64,000 bases of DNA from Patescibacteria group bacterium (GCA_018825365.1 JAHJEV010000003.1:238619-302618), one strand, 5' to 3'. Counted from the stretch's first letter, positions 1 through 9,505 are shown. Program-made: numbers and translations. Notes: generated by a model not told the origin, from the letters alone.

Positions 1-140
1 GTCCAAAACCTGTATTTGAAAAAGTCTTAAAACGATAAGTAGGAAGAAAATAGTCAAACCCAAAACAATTGTATCGGTTCGCCAGTCCGCAAATAAATTC
101 TTTTTTGTTCTTTTTGGATACATAAAATAATTCTACTTTA

Positions 141-163
141 AAAAATACTCCCTGTAGCGGGAG
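141..163 (-). terminator. Intrinsic terminator after ftsL
   Basis: A CTCCC / 6-nt loop / GGGAG hairpin (148-163) is followed on the minus strand by a T-rich run (TATTTTTTAAA). It lies immediately 3' of the ftsL stop. Confidence 0.45.
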
Positions 164-193
164 TTAAGCAGTACCAAATTGCTACAACAAAAT

Positions 194-514
194 TTACTGG
201 TTTAAAACAGCAACTTGAACGGGAGCACTCGGATCAATTGCTAAAACTCTCTCTGTCATTTCAACAAATCCTATCTGCTTTGCCTGTTTTTCAATGCTAC
301 TTATAGCAGAAAGGGTGGAATCAATATAGGATAGCTTGGATATTTCTTCCTCAAGTCTTTTTCTCTGCAAAAAAGCCTGTTCCAAATCACTATTTCTAAC
401 AGCCAAACTGCCGCACAGATAAATTTTTGCTCCTAAACTTAAGACAAAAAGCACAATCGAAGAAATAAAACTAAGTCTAATTATTTTTTTTGCTTTCAGT
501 GACTTTGACTTCAT
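194..514 (-). CDS. ftsL: Cell division protein FtsL-like (septum formation initiator)
   Basis: A 106-aa bitopic protein with a basic N-terminus, one TM helix and a coiled-coil. It overlaps the rsmH stop by 4 nt, in the canonical mraZ-rsmH-ftsL order. Confidence 0.6.
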   Translation of the reverse strand: MKSKSLKAKKIIRLSFISSIVLFVLSLGAKIYLCGSLAVRNSDLEQAFLQRKRLEEEISKLSYIDSTLSAISSIEKQAKQIGFVEMTERVLAIDPSAPVQVAVLNQ

Positions 515-1389
515 ATTTTTTTAAAGACTCTCATCTTAGCGCTCCTGCTTCTTGGATTCCTGCTTATTTCGGCATCCAGAGGAACAACAGGTCCATCGAA
601 AGCCTCTTTTACACTAGGCCGCGCGCTACGGCCAAAATTCTTAGCCACTTTATCTTCCAAAGAATGGAAGGTGATCAAAATGATCACACTACCAGGCAGC
701 AACAGGCGCGCGGCCCGAGGCAGTGATTTTTCCAGGTTCGCTATTTCATCGTTTACCACAATTCGAAGCGCCTGGAAGGTTCGTGTAGCAGGGTTGATTC
801 TGCCACGTTCGTAACCTAGAGGAGAAACAGACTCTATAATTTCAGCAAGCTGTGCTGTTGTCTGAATCTTCTTCAGGTTGCGAGCTTTTACTATCTCCCT
901 TGCAAATCTACCTGCCAACTTTTCGTCGGAGTACTTCCTTATTAAATGTGCAAGTTCCTTTTCACCTAACGAATTGACCAAATCAGCTGCAGTAACTCCT
1001 AAGGTTTTATCAAGTCTCATATCAAGCGGATCATCTTTTTGAAAACTAAGACCCGTCCCAAGCTCCTCAAGTTCGTACGAGCTGTATCCAAGGTCATAAA
1101 TAATGCCGCTTACCTTTTCAAAACTGTTATTTTTGGCAATCTCTTCGATATTTTTAAAGTTCCCTAAAACCCCTATAAAATTTTCCCCAAGTCCCTCGTT
1201 TTTTATTCTTCCCTGAGCTCTTTTCAAAGCATCTTCGTTTACTTCGATTCCTAAAACTTTTCCTCCAAGTTTCAAAATTTCCAATGTGTGCCCACCATCG
1301 CCAAGAGTAGCATCGATATACAGCTTCCCTTTTTCCACCTTTAAACTTTTTATTGATTCTTTTAAAAGGACCGGTTCGTGATAAGTCAT
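511..1389 (-). CDS. rsmH: 16S rRNA (cytosine1402-N4)-methyltransferase RsmH
   Basis: The N-terminus MTYHEPVLLKE... and the DATLGDGGH motif are typical of RsmH/MraW. It lies directly downstream of mraZ. Confidence 0.9.
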   Translation of the reverse strand: MTYHEPVLLKESIKSLKVEKGKLYIDATLGDGGHTLEILKLGGKVLGIEVNEDALKRAQGRIKNEGLGENFIGVLGNFKNIEEIAKNNSFEKVSGIIYDLGYSSYELEELGTGLSFQKDDPLDMRLDKTLGVTAADLVNSLGEKELAHLIRKYSDEKLAGRFAREIVKARNLKKIQTTAQLAEIIESVSPLGYERGRINPATRTFQALRIVVNDEIANLEKSLPRAARLLLPGSVIILITFHSLEDKVAKNFGRSARPSVKEAFDGPVVPLDAEISRNPRSRSAKMRVFKKI

Positions 1390-1396
1390 TTGTCTT

Positions 1397-1807
1397 TTAG
1401 GCAGATAATTCCTGTGAAATTTTGCCTATTCTTGCGTTCCAGTTATCTAAATCCCATATTTCTACGTGATCTCCAGCCCCCACAACGGCTGTTCTTTTGT
1501 TAATTTCGGCGTAACTTAACAAACTAGCCGGAAGGACAACTCGACCCTGTGAATCAATTGTGGACTCTGAAGCACCCGCGTACATGTATCTTTTCAAATC
1601 TCTTGTTTTTGCGTCGCTTATTGGATTTTCAACCTGCTTTTGAGCCTCCGTAACCCAGTCCTCTTTATCGTAAACAAATATGCATTTCTCAAAACCTTTA
1701 GAGAGGATTAAATCATCCCCCCGTACTTGCTCCCGAAGTTTCTTGGGCAGAGCTATTCTTGATCCTTCGGTAATATTCGGTTGGTATTCCCCAAGAAACA
1801 TTCTCAT
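1397..1807 (-). CDS. mraZ: Transcriptional regulator MraZ
   Basis: The N-terminus MRMFLGEYQ... and a duplicated SpoVT/AbrB-like layout within 136 aa are typical of MraZ. It is the first gene of the dcw operon. Confidence 0.85.
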   Translation of the reverse strand: MRMFLGEYQPNITEGSRIALPKKLREQVRGDDLILSKGFEKCIFVYDKEDWVTEAQKQVENPISDAKTRDLKRYMYAGASESTIDSQGRVVLPASLLSYAEINKRTAVVGAGDHVEIWDLDNWNARIGKISQELSA

Positions 1808-1956
1808 ATCAATTCACCACTTGTCACCAGACTATATCCAATATCCACCATACCAAATCCATTGTCAATACAAATAAAACCCGAATATATCATAGGTACA
1901 GTGCTTCGCAGGCGTTAAAATTTGATTTCTAAATAAAAATTACGTACACTATCCAT

Positions 1957-2307
1957 TTGCGACAACAAAAAATGAAAGGAGAGACATGTACAATGTGTCA
2001 AATAACTAGGAAAGGTTCCATAGCATGGGAGAAGGGTCATAGAGAAAGGGTGATACGGCTAGAGGACGACGCAGACCGAATAACCGGAAAGGAGGTTAGT
2101 GAGTATCTTGGTTTCCCCTTTCAAAGAAATGAAATAAAATTATCGAAGTTGCCTAAAAGGATAGACCCTAAATACATACTACAACTTATAAAGGCAAGGG
2201 CAGACCAGATAAGAACTTATCGGAAAAGGGAGAAGACGGAACCAACATTCATAGAATTCATGACGAAGAGAAACAAAAAGACACTTCGAAAGATGAAAAT
2301 ATTATGA
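1957..2307 (+). CDS. Hypothetical basic protein
   Basis: A 116-aa K/R-rich ORF with no recognisable motif. Its local GC is higher than that of its neighbours. It is the sole plus-strand ORF between two minus-strand operons. Confidence 0.3.
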   Translation: MRQQKMKGETCTMCQITRKGSIAWEKGHRERVIRLEDDADRITGKEVSEYLGFPFQRNEIKLSKLPKRIDPKYILQLIKARADQIRTYRKREKTEPTFIEFMTKRNKKTLRKMKIL

Positions 2308-2315
2308 CCGAAACT

Positions 2316-2358
2316 GGGGAGTTAACGAAACACATTACCGTAAGCTCCCCACCTCTTT
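2316..2358 (+). terminator. Weak hairpin terminator between convergent genes
   Basis: A GGGAG ... CTCCCC stem with a long loop is followed by 'acctcttttaaa'. It lies between the 3' ends of the hypothetical ORF and glyQS. Confidence 0.25.
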
Positions 2359-3734
2359 TAAAGTCTGGGGATTAAATCAGAAATCTTTACTCTTTCCTGT
2401 TTCATAGTATCCCTATCTCTTATAGTTACTGTGTCATCTTCCAATGTTTGATAGTCTATAGTCACACATGAAGGAGTCCCGATCTCATCCTGTGCAAAGT
2501 ATCTCTTACCAATATTCCCTCTGTCATCCCAATCAACAGACATCCCAGTCTTTTGAATCATTTCAAAAACCTCTTTGGCCTTGTTTACCAATTCTTCTTT
2601 GTTTTTTACAAGCGGAAATACCGCAACTCTAAAAGGAGATACCATTTTATTTAACTTAAGTACTATCCTATCTTTTTCTTCCGTATAGCCATTTGTAAGA
2701 AGCGCCAAAAATATTCTTGCTGCACCAAATGTTGGTTCCATTGTGTGCGGTATAAACTTCTCCCTGGTCTCGGGGTCAGTATATTGCAAATCCGCTCCTG
2801 ATTTTTCTATGTGATTTCTCAAGTCAAAGTCGGTTCTATAAGCCAAACCAAACATTTCTTTATAACCAACGGTAAATTCAAAATCCAAATCTTCAGTTTT
2901 TACCGAATAGTGAGATCTTTCTTCAGCAGAGTGCTCCCTCCATCGAAGTTTCTTAGAAGATATCCCAAGTGACTCTACCCAATCTTTCATTTCCTTCTTC
3001 CAATATTCAAAAACATCTTCCCATTTCTGTTTTTGAGAATTAAAAAAGTATTCAAATTCCATAAGATCAAACTCCAGTGTTCTGAAAACAAAGTTTCCCT
3101 TAGTTATCTCATTTCTAAAAACTTTCCCCTGCTGAGCAATCCCAAAGGGAAGTTTCGGTCTCATTGTATCTAAAACATTTTTAAAGTTTACAAACATACC
3201 CTGAGCAAGCTCTCCCCTTAAGTAAGTAAGAGATTGATTTTCAGGAACAATTCCAATATTTGTCTCAAAAAGATTATTAAATTTTCTTGGTTTGGTCCAC
3301 TTAAACTCCCCACATTCGGGACATACAATTTTGTGATCATTTATAATCTGCTCAAGTTCCTCAACCGGCTTTCCTTCAACACTGGCGGGTTTTCCAACCT
3401 TCTCAAGATGGGCTTCAATCATTTTTTCCGCACCAGTTCTATTTTTACAATCCTTACAGTCAATTAACACTTCATTGAAACTGGCGGTGTGCCCTGAGGA
3501 GATCCAAACACTTGGGGACATTAAAACCGCGCTGTCCAATCCATACATATCTTTTCTTTTCGTAACGAAATTCTCCCACCAAAGATTTTGGATATTTCTC
3601 ATCATTAAAACACCAAGCGGCCCATAATCGTAAGTATTTGCGAGTCCTCCATAAATCTCTGAACCTGGGAACACAAATCCCCTTCTTTTACATAAGGAGA
3701 CTATTTTTTGTTGTAAATTATCACCTTCCTTCAT
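2358..3734 (-). CDS. glyQS: Glycine--tRNA ligase (single-chain GlyQS type, class II aaRS)
   Basis: The N-terminus ...RRGFVFPGSEIYGGLANTYDYGPLG... is the characteristic GlyRS motif. The 458-aa length fits the single-chain form. Confidence 0.9.
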   Translation of the reverse strand: MKEGDNLQQKIVSLCKRRGFVFPGSEIYGGLANTYDYGPLGVLMMRNIQNLWWENFVTKRKDMYGLDSAVLMSPSVWISSGHTASFNEVLIDCKDCKNRTGAEKMIEAHLEKVGKPASVEGKPVEELEQIINDHKIVCPECGEFKWTKPRKFNNLFETNIGIVPENQSLTYLRGELAQGMFVNFKNVLDTMRPKLPFGIAQQGKVFRNEITKGNFVFRTLEFDLMEFEYFFNSQKQKWEDVFEYWKKEMKDWVESLGISSKKLRWREHSAEERSHYSVKTEDLDFEFTVGYKEMFGLAYRTDFDLRNHIEKSGADLQYTDPETREKFIPHTMEPTFGAARIFLALLTNGYTEEKDRIVLKLNKMVSPFRVAVFPLVKNKEELVNKAKEVFEMIQKTGMSVDWDDRGNIGKRYFAQDEIGTPSCVTIDYQTLEDDTVTIRDRDTMKQERVKISDLIPRL

Positions 3735-3752
3735 CTTAAAAAGTATATCAAA

Positions 3753-4493
3753 TTAACCTTTATCTATCTCTAGGCTTTTAAACCTACTTTCCAGTTTTCT
3801 TCCAATATATATTTTCATTATTTTATCTATTTCCGATGCGACGTTCTTTAAATCCGGTGTAGTTTTTAATTTATAAAGATAAAACATCCCTAAAGCTGCT
3901 TCTTTTGAGATACCCACTCCATATTTCGAGCATTTCTCACATTCAAAAGACCCGTTTTCTACATTAAATAAGTATTTTAACCACAATTTAGTAAGAGCCC
4001 TTCCGCAAACTCTGCATTTATCCAAAGTCATTTTGTAACCCAGTAGATTCATAAGATGCATTTCAAAATAATTCACGACAAAATCCGGATCGGAAGTTTT
4101 TTGTATCATTTCCAAACTTTTCTGCAAAAGATCAAACAAGTCTTCGTTTTGTTCCCCCTCCTCGATAGATTTATGAATAAGTTCAATCAAATAATAAGCT
4201 GTCAAAGACTTTTTTAGGTCTCTTTTCAAATCTTTGTAGGATTCGATGGTTTTTACTTCTTCTATATCATTAAACGCATTTAGGTTTTCTCTAATAGAAA
4301 TAGAAACAAGATTTAGCGTGTCCAAATTTCCGGCTCTTCGTGAACTTATTTTTCTAACTCCTCTTGCAACGGCGGATATTTTACCCAAATCCTTAGAAAA
4401 CAAGGTAAAAACTTTGTCTGAATCTTTGTATTTAATGTTTTTTAAAACAAAAGCTTGTGTGTTGTATCTTTTCATGGACAAAAAGCCCCGCAT
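3753..4493 (-). CDS. recO: DNA repair protein RecO
   Basis: A conserved OB-fold N-terminus (...AFVLKNIKYKDSDKVFTLFSKDLGKISAVARG...) and a C-terminal CxxC...CxxC zinc motif match RecO. The true start may be the second Met at 4475, because the first start codon lies inside the terminator hairpin. Confidence 0.8.
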   Translation of the reverse strand: MRGFLSMKRYNTQAFVLKNIKYKDSDKVFTLFSKDLGKISAVARGVRKISSRRAGNLDTLNLVSISIRENLNAFNDIEEVKTIESYKDLKRDLKKSLTAYYLIELIHKSIEEGEQNEDLFDLLQKSLEMIQKTSDPDFVVNYFEMHLMNLLGYKMTLDKCRVCGRALTKLWLKYLFNVENGSFECEKCSKYGVGISKEAALGMFYLYKLKTTPDLKNVASEIDKIMKIYIGRKLESRFKSLEIDKG

Positions 4494-4507
4494 AAAAAAA
4501 GCGGGGC
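4484..4507. terminator. Bidirectional intrinsic terminator hairpin
   Basis: The hairpin is GCCCCGC / A-rich loop / GCGGGGC with T/A runs on both sides. It lies 3' of the 4535..6577 gene. Confidence 0.55.
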
Positions 4508-4534
4508 TTTTAAAACTACTTAATAATAAATCCT

Positions 4535-6577
4535 TTACAACTGAACAGTTATTTTTTTATCGGTCGTCAGCTCGATGTTCTGCTTCTTTCCGTTAGTTAT
4601 TATTATGTAATTCTCTTTATCAATTCCCGCCTGTTTCTGAATAGTTAAGTTGTAAGTATTACCTAATACTGTGTTTTCCGGCAGGTAATACTTAAATGTC
4701 ATTTCTTTTACCTCTCCGGGTCCAAGTTCGACATATCCGCTAAACCATACTTTATCTCTTTCCTGATCAGAGAGGTTCAAACTTTCGTCTTCCGAGCCGG
4801 TTGTTGATATAAGTTCGGAGCCGGCGGGAGCATAAACCCTGACCCAATCTCTAAACCTTTTAACAAACGGTGCGTAGTCTCCGTCAGGTTGCGTGTAAGT
4901 ATACTTGATATTAACTGTGTTTACCCATTTCGCACCCTCTTTTGCAAGTGTGTGTGTAATCTCCTTATGCGTGAACCAATTCGTCTTATCGCCACCAAGA
5001 TTTGTCGAAACAACCATTAAGTAATCTCCGACTACTTTGTCCTGGATTCTCCCCCCAATACCGTAGCTATCCACCAGAGCTTGGGCTTCGGTATCAAACA
5101 AATACAACGAAACGTGCTTTCTTTTTGCGAGATCTACACCCTTCTCAATAAGTTTGGGCCAAATATCGCTGTCCGATTGGAAAACATTGAGAAGCATGGC
5201 CTGCATTAAATCCCCAAGAACTTTCTTTCGGTTTGTTTGTTCAGCAAGTGCTAATGACGCGATTTTTTCAAGCTCTAAAACCACATTATCTTTGGTGTAT
5301 GTAACACCATTTACAGTTACGGGGCCTGTGACTTCCAAAAGTTCCTGGATTACATAAGTATCAATCATAAATATCCCATCGACCTGTTTTATCTCGTAAG
5401 GATTTATGGTTCCTGCCAAGTTATAAAACCTCATAAAATCAGTCATGGACGTTGGAAGATCTGGAGAGTAGTTCATATCCCTTGCAAACCAGTGTTCGAC
5501 CTTCAAAAGTCTTGTATAGGGAGTCGGTGCACTTGGGAAAGTATAATAGTAATCAATAATCTGCAAAGTTAAATCTACACTGTACATATCCTTTGATGTG
5601 AAATCGGAATCCAAAAGACCATTTGTGATCTTAAAGGTAGCGTAATTGGTCATAAACCCTCCGGTGGGTCTTATTTCTTTATCGTTTTGCATTATTATCA
5701 TGTATCTTTTTGTAGGAGTCCCAACCGCTAAAACCTGAGGAATTATTTGTAATGCTTTTTTAATATCCGGGGCGTAAGTATCAGCCTGAGAAAGAGTATC
5801 TTTAATAAACGCAACATTTGATCTTAGTGCAAACTTTCCAATTTTTACCGGATATTTGTTTACGTTAATCGGGGCAAGCTCTTCACCAATTTTTGCAACC
5901 TTCAAAATTACACCATCCATTTGATCCGCAACCTGTGGCATAACTGAAATCCATCCCTGGAAAGCTTCCATCAAGCCCTCTGCTTTTACGATCTCTTGAT
6001 CAGGAGATACTTTAAGACCTGCCGCACTTGCGAAGGGCGTAATTATTGTTGATGTCTCTCTTAAAGCATCGATAGCGTAAAGACCAGCATTAATAAAGCG
6101 GTCCGAGTCCGCATAGAATTCCTTGGCTTTAAAAAGACCAAGATTTTTCGCCCACCCAAATCTCTTCTCTTTATCGGCTTTGAGTATATTTAAATCCTTT
6201 TCTGCTTTATCCAAAGCTTCCGCCAAAGCAACAAGATCCCTTCCCCTAAGGGACTCACTTATCTGGGAACCATCATTTTTCAAAACCTTTGCGGTACCAT
6301 AAAGCGCCATCGCGGGACGTATGGCTACAACGTAAAGAATAATTAAAATTACAACCAGAGGAAGTAAAATTGTTAAACCTAATTTTCTTAGTTTTTTCAT
6401 AGAGTTATTATTTCCTGCCGGGTGAAATTCTGTTAATAAATTGCCTTTATTACTCCCGGGTAAATTTTCATTAGTTTTTGGTTTTTGCAAAACTTCTGGC
6501 TTTGAAGCTTTGGCACTATCCTGCAATTTTGTATTGCCGTTTGTTTGAGCAGCACCCCAAAATTTTGTTCTTGCCAT
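4535..6577 (-). CDS. Membrane-anchored exported protein of unknown function (possibly DUF4012-like), partner of the priming transferase
   Basis: It has a cytoplasmic low-complexity N-terminus, a single TM helix (LGLTILLPLVVILIILYVVAI) and a ~600-aa extracytoplasmic domain. The likely start is the ATG at 6577 (MARTKFW...), which has an AAGGAG RBS 7 nt upstream and forms a TAATG stop/start overlap with the transferase. The ORF track extends the ORF to 6631. Confidence 0.5.
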   Translation of the reverse strand: MARTKFWGAAQTNGNTKLQDSAKASKPEVLQKPKTNENLPGSNKGNLLTEFHPAGNNNSMKKLRKLGLTILLPLVVILIILYVVAIRPAMALYGTAKVLKNDGSQISESLRGRDLVALAEALDKAEKDLNILKADKEKRFGWAKNLGLFKAKEFYADSDRFINAGLYAIDALRETSTIITPFASAAGLKVSPDQEIVKAEGLMEAFQGWISVMPQVADQMDGVILKVAKIGEELAPINVNKYPVKIGKFALRSNVAFIKDTLSQADTYAPDIKKALQIIPQVLAVGTPTKRYMIIMQNDKEIRPTGGFMTNYATFKITNGLLDSDFTSKDMYSVDLTLQIIDYYYTFPSAPTPYTRLLKVEHWFARDMNYSPDLPTSMTDFMRFYNLAGTINPYEIKQVDGIFMIDTYVIQELLEVTGPVTVNGVTYTKDNVVLELEKIASLALAEQTNRKKVLGDLMQAMLLNVFQSDSDIWPKLIEKGVDLAKRKHVSLYLFDTEAQALVDSYGIGGRIQDKVVGDYLMVVSTNLGGDKTNWFTHKEITHTLAKEGAKWVNTVNIKYTYTQPDGDYAPFVKRFRDWVRVYAPAGSELISTTGSEDESLNLSDQERDKVWFSGYVELGPGEVKEMTFKYYLPENTVLGNTYNLTIQKQAGIDKENYIIITNGKKQNIELTTDKKITVQL

Positions 6578-7218
6578 TAAAATGCTCCTTTTCTTGTCAA
6601 AACTACGTATGGTGTTTTTAGCACTAACCATAAATCATACAAGAAAGAATACTTTTCTGCATATTCTGCATCCAGCTTTACCCTATCAACAAACCCTATC
6701 TCCGATCTTCCACTTACCTGCCAAAGACCGGTGAGGCCCGGTTTAACACTTAACACTTTATCTAAATACTTACTTGCTTCCGGAAATCTTTTTGTCTGTT
6801 CATCAAGTTCGAAAAAATAGTAGGCCCTTGGACCTACCAAACTCATTTCCCCTTTTAGTATGTTTATAAACTGAGGAAGTTCATCGAAACTGGATTTTCT
6901 GATAAACACACCCCCCTTAATAATTCTCGGGTCCTCCTCTGAGTCTAGTTTGTAATTATTCCTAACATACTTCTCATATAACTGAACATCTTTAACCAAG
7001 ATGTCGTGGGAATTAGGATACATGGATCTAAACTTATAAAAATGAAAGGATTTCTTTCCTTTCCCAACTCTTTCAGGAATATCAGCAAATATCGGACCTT
7101 CCGGAGATACCAGTTTTATCCACAAAGATATAACGATCATTATAGGAAAAAACAAAACCAAACCAACCAGCGCGCCAACAATGTCTATTATTCTTTTAAT
7201 ACAATTTCTGTACAACAT
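6577..7218 (-). CDS. Polyprenyl-phosphate sugar-phosphate transferase (bacterial sugar transferase, WbaP/PglC-like monotopic PGT)
   Basis: The DELPQ and SLVGPR motifs, a single N-terminal re-entrant helix and the ~210-aa size are typical of small phosphoglycosyl transferases. Confidence 0.85.
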   Translation of the reverse strand: MLYRNCIKRIIDIVGALVGLVLFFPIMIVISLWIKLVSPEGPIFADIPERVGKGKKSFHFYKFRSMYPNSHDILVKDVQLYEKYVRNNYKLDSEEDPRIIKGGVFIRKSSFDELPQFINILKGEMSLVGPRAYYFFELDEQTKRFPEASKYLDKVLSVKPGLTGLWQVSGRSEIGFVDRVKLDAEYAEKYSFLYDLWLVLKTPYVVLTRKGAF

Positions 7219-7232
7219 TCCGATTTATAATA

Positions 7233-8336
7233 TTATACCTTAACCAACCTTTTGATTTCTTTCTGAAAAAAAGACTGACTAAAACTTTTGGCTCTTTCCT
7301 TGCAATCCGCGGGAGAATACTTTTTTGTATCGAATGAACTTAACACATTTGCTAAACAATCAGAAGTCTGTTGATCAAAAAACTCACCTGTCATACCCTC
7401 GAAAATACTTTCCAAAACACCTCCGGCTTTGTAAGCAATTACGGGTTTTCCACAAGCCATAACTTCCAAAGGAACTATACCGAAATCTTCTTTTTGAGTG
7501 ACAATCAATGCTTTGCAGTTTCTCATAACATCTGCCTTATCTTTATCATTTAAATACCCCAAAACCTCAATTGTCGGACTGGCGAGAGACTTAAGCCTTT
7601 CAAAATCCGGGCCCTCCCCATAAACTCTTAGTGGTAATTCCAGGGCATTACAGGCCTCAACAGCAACATCTACCCTCTTCCAAGGAGCAAGTCTCGTAAC
7701 AACCAAGAAATAATCTTTGCCTTTAGGCGAAACGTTTTCAAAATCTTTGTAGTTAATAAAAGGATGAATAACCTCGCTATCCCTTCTGTAATATTTCTCA
7801 ATTTTCCTTTTTGTCGCTAGCGAGTTTGCTATAAATACGTCGACATTCTGGGCAGCATTAAAATCAACAATTCGTAAATAGCAAAGAGCCATTTTTAAAA
7901 AGGACTTTGAAAGAAATCTAAAAGGTTTCAAAAAACCAAACTTCTCGTTTTCAAAATAAGAATCAGACTCCCAGAACATTCTTCCCGGAGAATGCATATA
8001 ACAAATATGCTTTGTTGTGGGTTTTGTAATTATATGGTGAGCAAACCTTGACGAAGATGAGATGACAACATCAAACTCCGAAAAATCAAAACTTTCAAAC
8101 GCCAGTGTATGAAGAAAAAATGCTGAGTAGTAACGGTTTAATTTAACGGCAAACGGAAATTTCTGAAGAAACGATATTTTCACGATTCTTCCCTTTTGGG
8201 AAAACCTTTCCAGCCATTTCTCTGATGCAACACTTGTATAAAGTGGGGCATCTGGGTACATATCGGATAGTTCTTCTACGATTTTCTCGGCGCCTCCAAA
8301 TTGAATAAGGTCATCGCAAACAATAGCTAATTTCAT
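7233..8336 (-). CDS. Glycosyltransferase family 4
   Basis: It has GT-B architecture with an ...FGIVPLEVMACGKPVIA... E-x7-E-like region in the C-terminal half. Confidence 0.75.
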   Translation of the reverse strand: MKLAIVCDDLIQFGGAEKIVEELSDMYPDAPLYTSVASEKWLERFSQKGRIVKISFLQKFPFAVKLNRYYSAFFLHTLAFESFDFSEFDVVISSSSRFAHHIITKPTTKHICYMHSPGRMFWESDSYFENEKFGFLKPFRFLSKSFLKMALCYLRIVDFNAAQNVDVFIANSLATKRKIEKYYRRDSEVIHPFINYKDFENVSPKGKDYFLVVTRLAPWKRVDVAVEACNALELPLRVYGEGPDFERLKSLASPTIEVLGYLNDKDKADVMRNCKALIVTQKEDFGIVPLEVMACGKPVIAYKAGGVLESIFEGMTGEFFDQQTSDCLANVLSSFDTKKYSPADCKERAKSFSQSFFQKEIKRLVKV

Positions 8337-8356
8337 AGTATTATAGCTATTATATA

Positions 8357-9505
8357 ATGAAACTAATGAAAATCGGACTTAATGGACAAAAACTATTGAT
8401 AGACAGCCCAGCCGGACCTGAAAAGTATACATACAACCTATTCCAAGCTCTTGCGAAAATAGATAAAAAAAATAAGTATATTATTTATCTGGATAAAAAA
8501 CCGGGTAAGGAGTGGTTCAAAAACCTAACTTGCAACAATCCAAATTGCTCATACGTTGTTATTCCTAATACACTTTTTTGGACACAGATAAATTTGGCTG
8601 CCGAGCTTTTAAACAATCCTCCGGATGTGTTTTTCACTGCTATTCACACTATCCCAATGGTAAGAAGTTCCAAAACTAAGTTTGTGACTATGATTCACGG
8701 GCTCGAATACAAATACACTGCTGGATACGATAATCCTATATACAGATTCAAAATAGACAGGCCCGTCAAATACACAGCACAACATTCAGATAAAATAATT
8801 GTTCCCTCCCAAGCAACAAAATCAGCTTTGCTAAAACAAACTTGGGGTATTGATAGAGAAAAAATTGAAATCATTTATGAGGGGGTAAACACCAATTTCA
8901 AGAAAAAAACAGTAAAAGATGTGAATCTTATAAGAGAGAGGTATGAAATTGGGCAGTCGTCCTACCTTCTTTTTGTCTCAACTATCCAACCCAGAAAAAA
9001 TATTCCAAACACCGTTGCAGCCTTTTCAAAATTAATAAAGGAAAACACAAAATTCAAAGACACAAAGCTTTTACTAGCAGGAAAGTTTGGTTGGGATTTT
9101 AATGAGTCTTTGGACTCACCTAAAAAATATGGGGTCGAGAAAAATGTACTGTTTTTAGGCAGAGTTTTAGATGAAGACCTTCCGTCTTTGTTCTCAGGAG
9201 CCAAAGGATACATAAACATGTCTTTAGAGGAAGGGTTTGGCCTTCCTCTGTTGGAGGCAATGTCGTGCGAAACCCCCTGTTTGGTTTCTGATATTCCCGC
9301 GTTTGATGAAATAGGAAGTGGATTTCCAGTTTTTGCCGATCCAAACGATATAGAAAACATAAAAGAAGGAATGATAACAATACTTTCAGGTAAGGTCTCT
9401 GATGAGCATAGAAAGGAATCAAGAAAATATGCTCAATCATTCACGTGGGAAAATACGGCAAAAAGGACGCTAGCTGTTTTGGAGAATCTCGTTAAAAACG
9501 CCTAA
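8357..9505 (+). CDS. Glycosyltransferase family 4
   Basis: The EGFGLPLLEAMSCETPCLVSDIPAFDEI motif is typical of Glycos_transf_1. Confidence 0.8.
   Translation: MKLMKIGLNGQKLLIDSPAGPEKYTYNLFQALAKIDKKNKYIIYLDKKPGKEWFKNLTCNNPNCSYVVIPNTLFWTQINLAAELLNNPPDVFFTAIHTIPMVRSSKTKFVTMIHGLEYKYTAGYDNPIYRFKIDRPVKYTAQHSDKIIVPSQATKSALLKQTWGIDREKIEIIYEGVNTNFKKKTVKDVNLIRERYEIGQSSYLLFVSTIQPRKNIPNTVAAFSKLIKENTKFKDTKLLLAGKFGWDFNESLDSPKKYGVEKNVLFLGRVLDEDLPSLFSGAKGYINMSLEEGFGLPLLEAMSCETPCLVSDIPAFDEIGSGFPVFADPNDIENIKEGMITILSGKVSDEHRKESRKYAQSFTWENTAKRTLAVLENLVKNA

Noticed and set aside
1819-1830. 12-mer ACTTGTCACCAG in the mraZ promoter region, identical to part of the inverted repeat at 25634-25645
   Set aside because: Single 12-mer matches are expected by chance many times in 64 kb of AT-rich sequence on two strands. 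The mraZ copy also does not form the inverted repeat.
8962-9440. Antisense ORFs of 132 and 106 aa inside the 8357..9505 glycosyltransferase gene
   Set aside because: They lie entirely within a well-supported GT4 gene on the opposite strand. This is typical of spurious antisense ORFs in AT-rich DNA. The same applies to the other 60-143-aa antisense ORFs in the track, for example 41459..41881 and 42829..43260.
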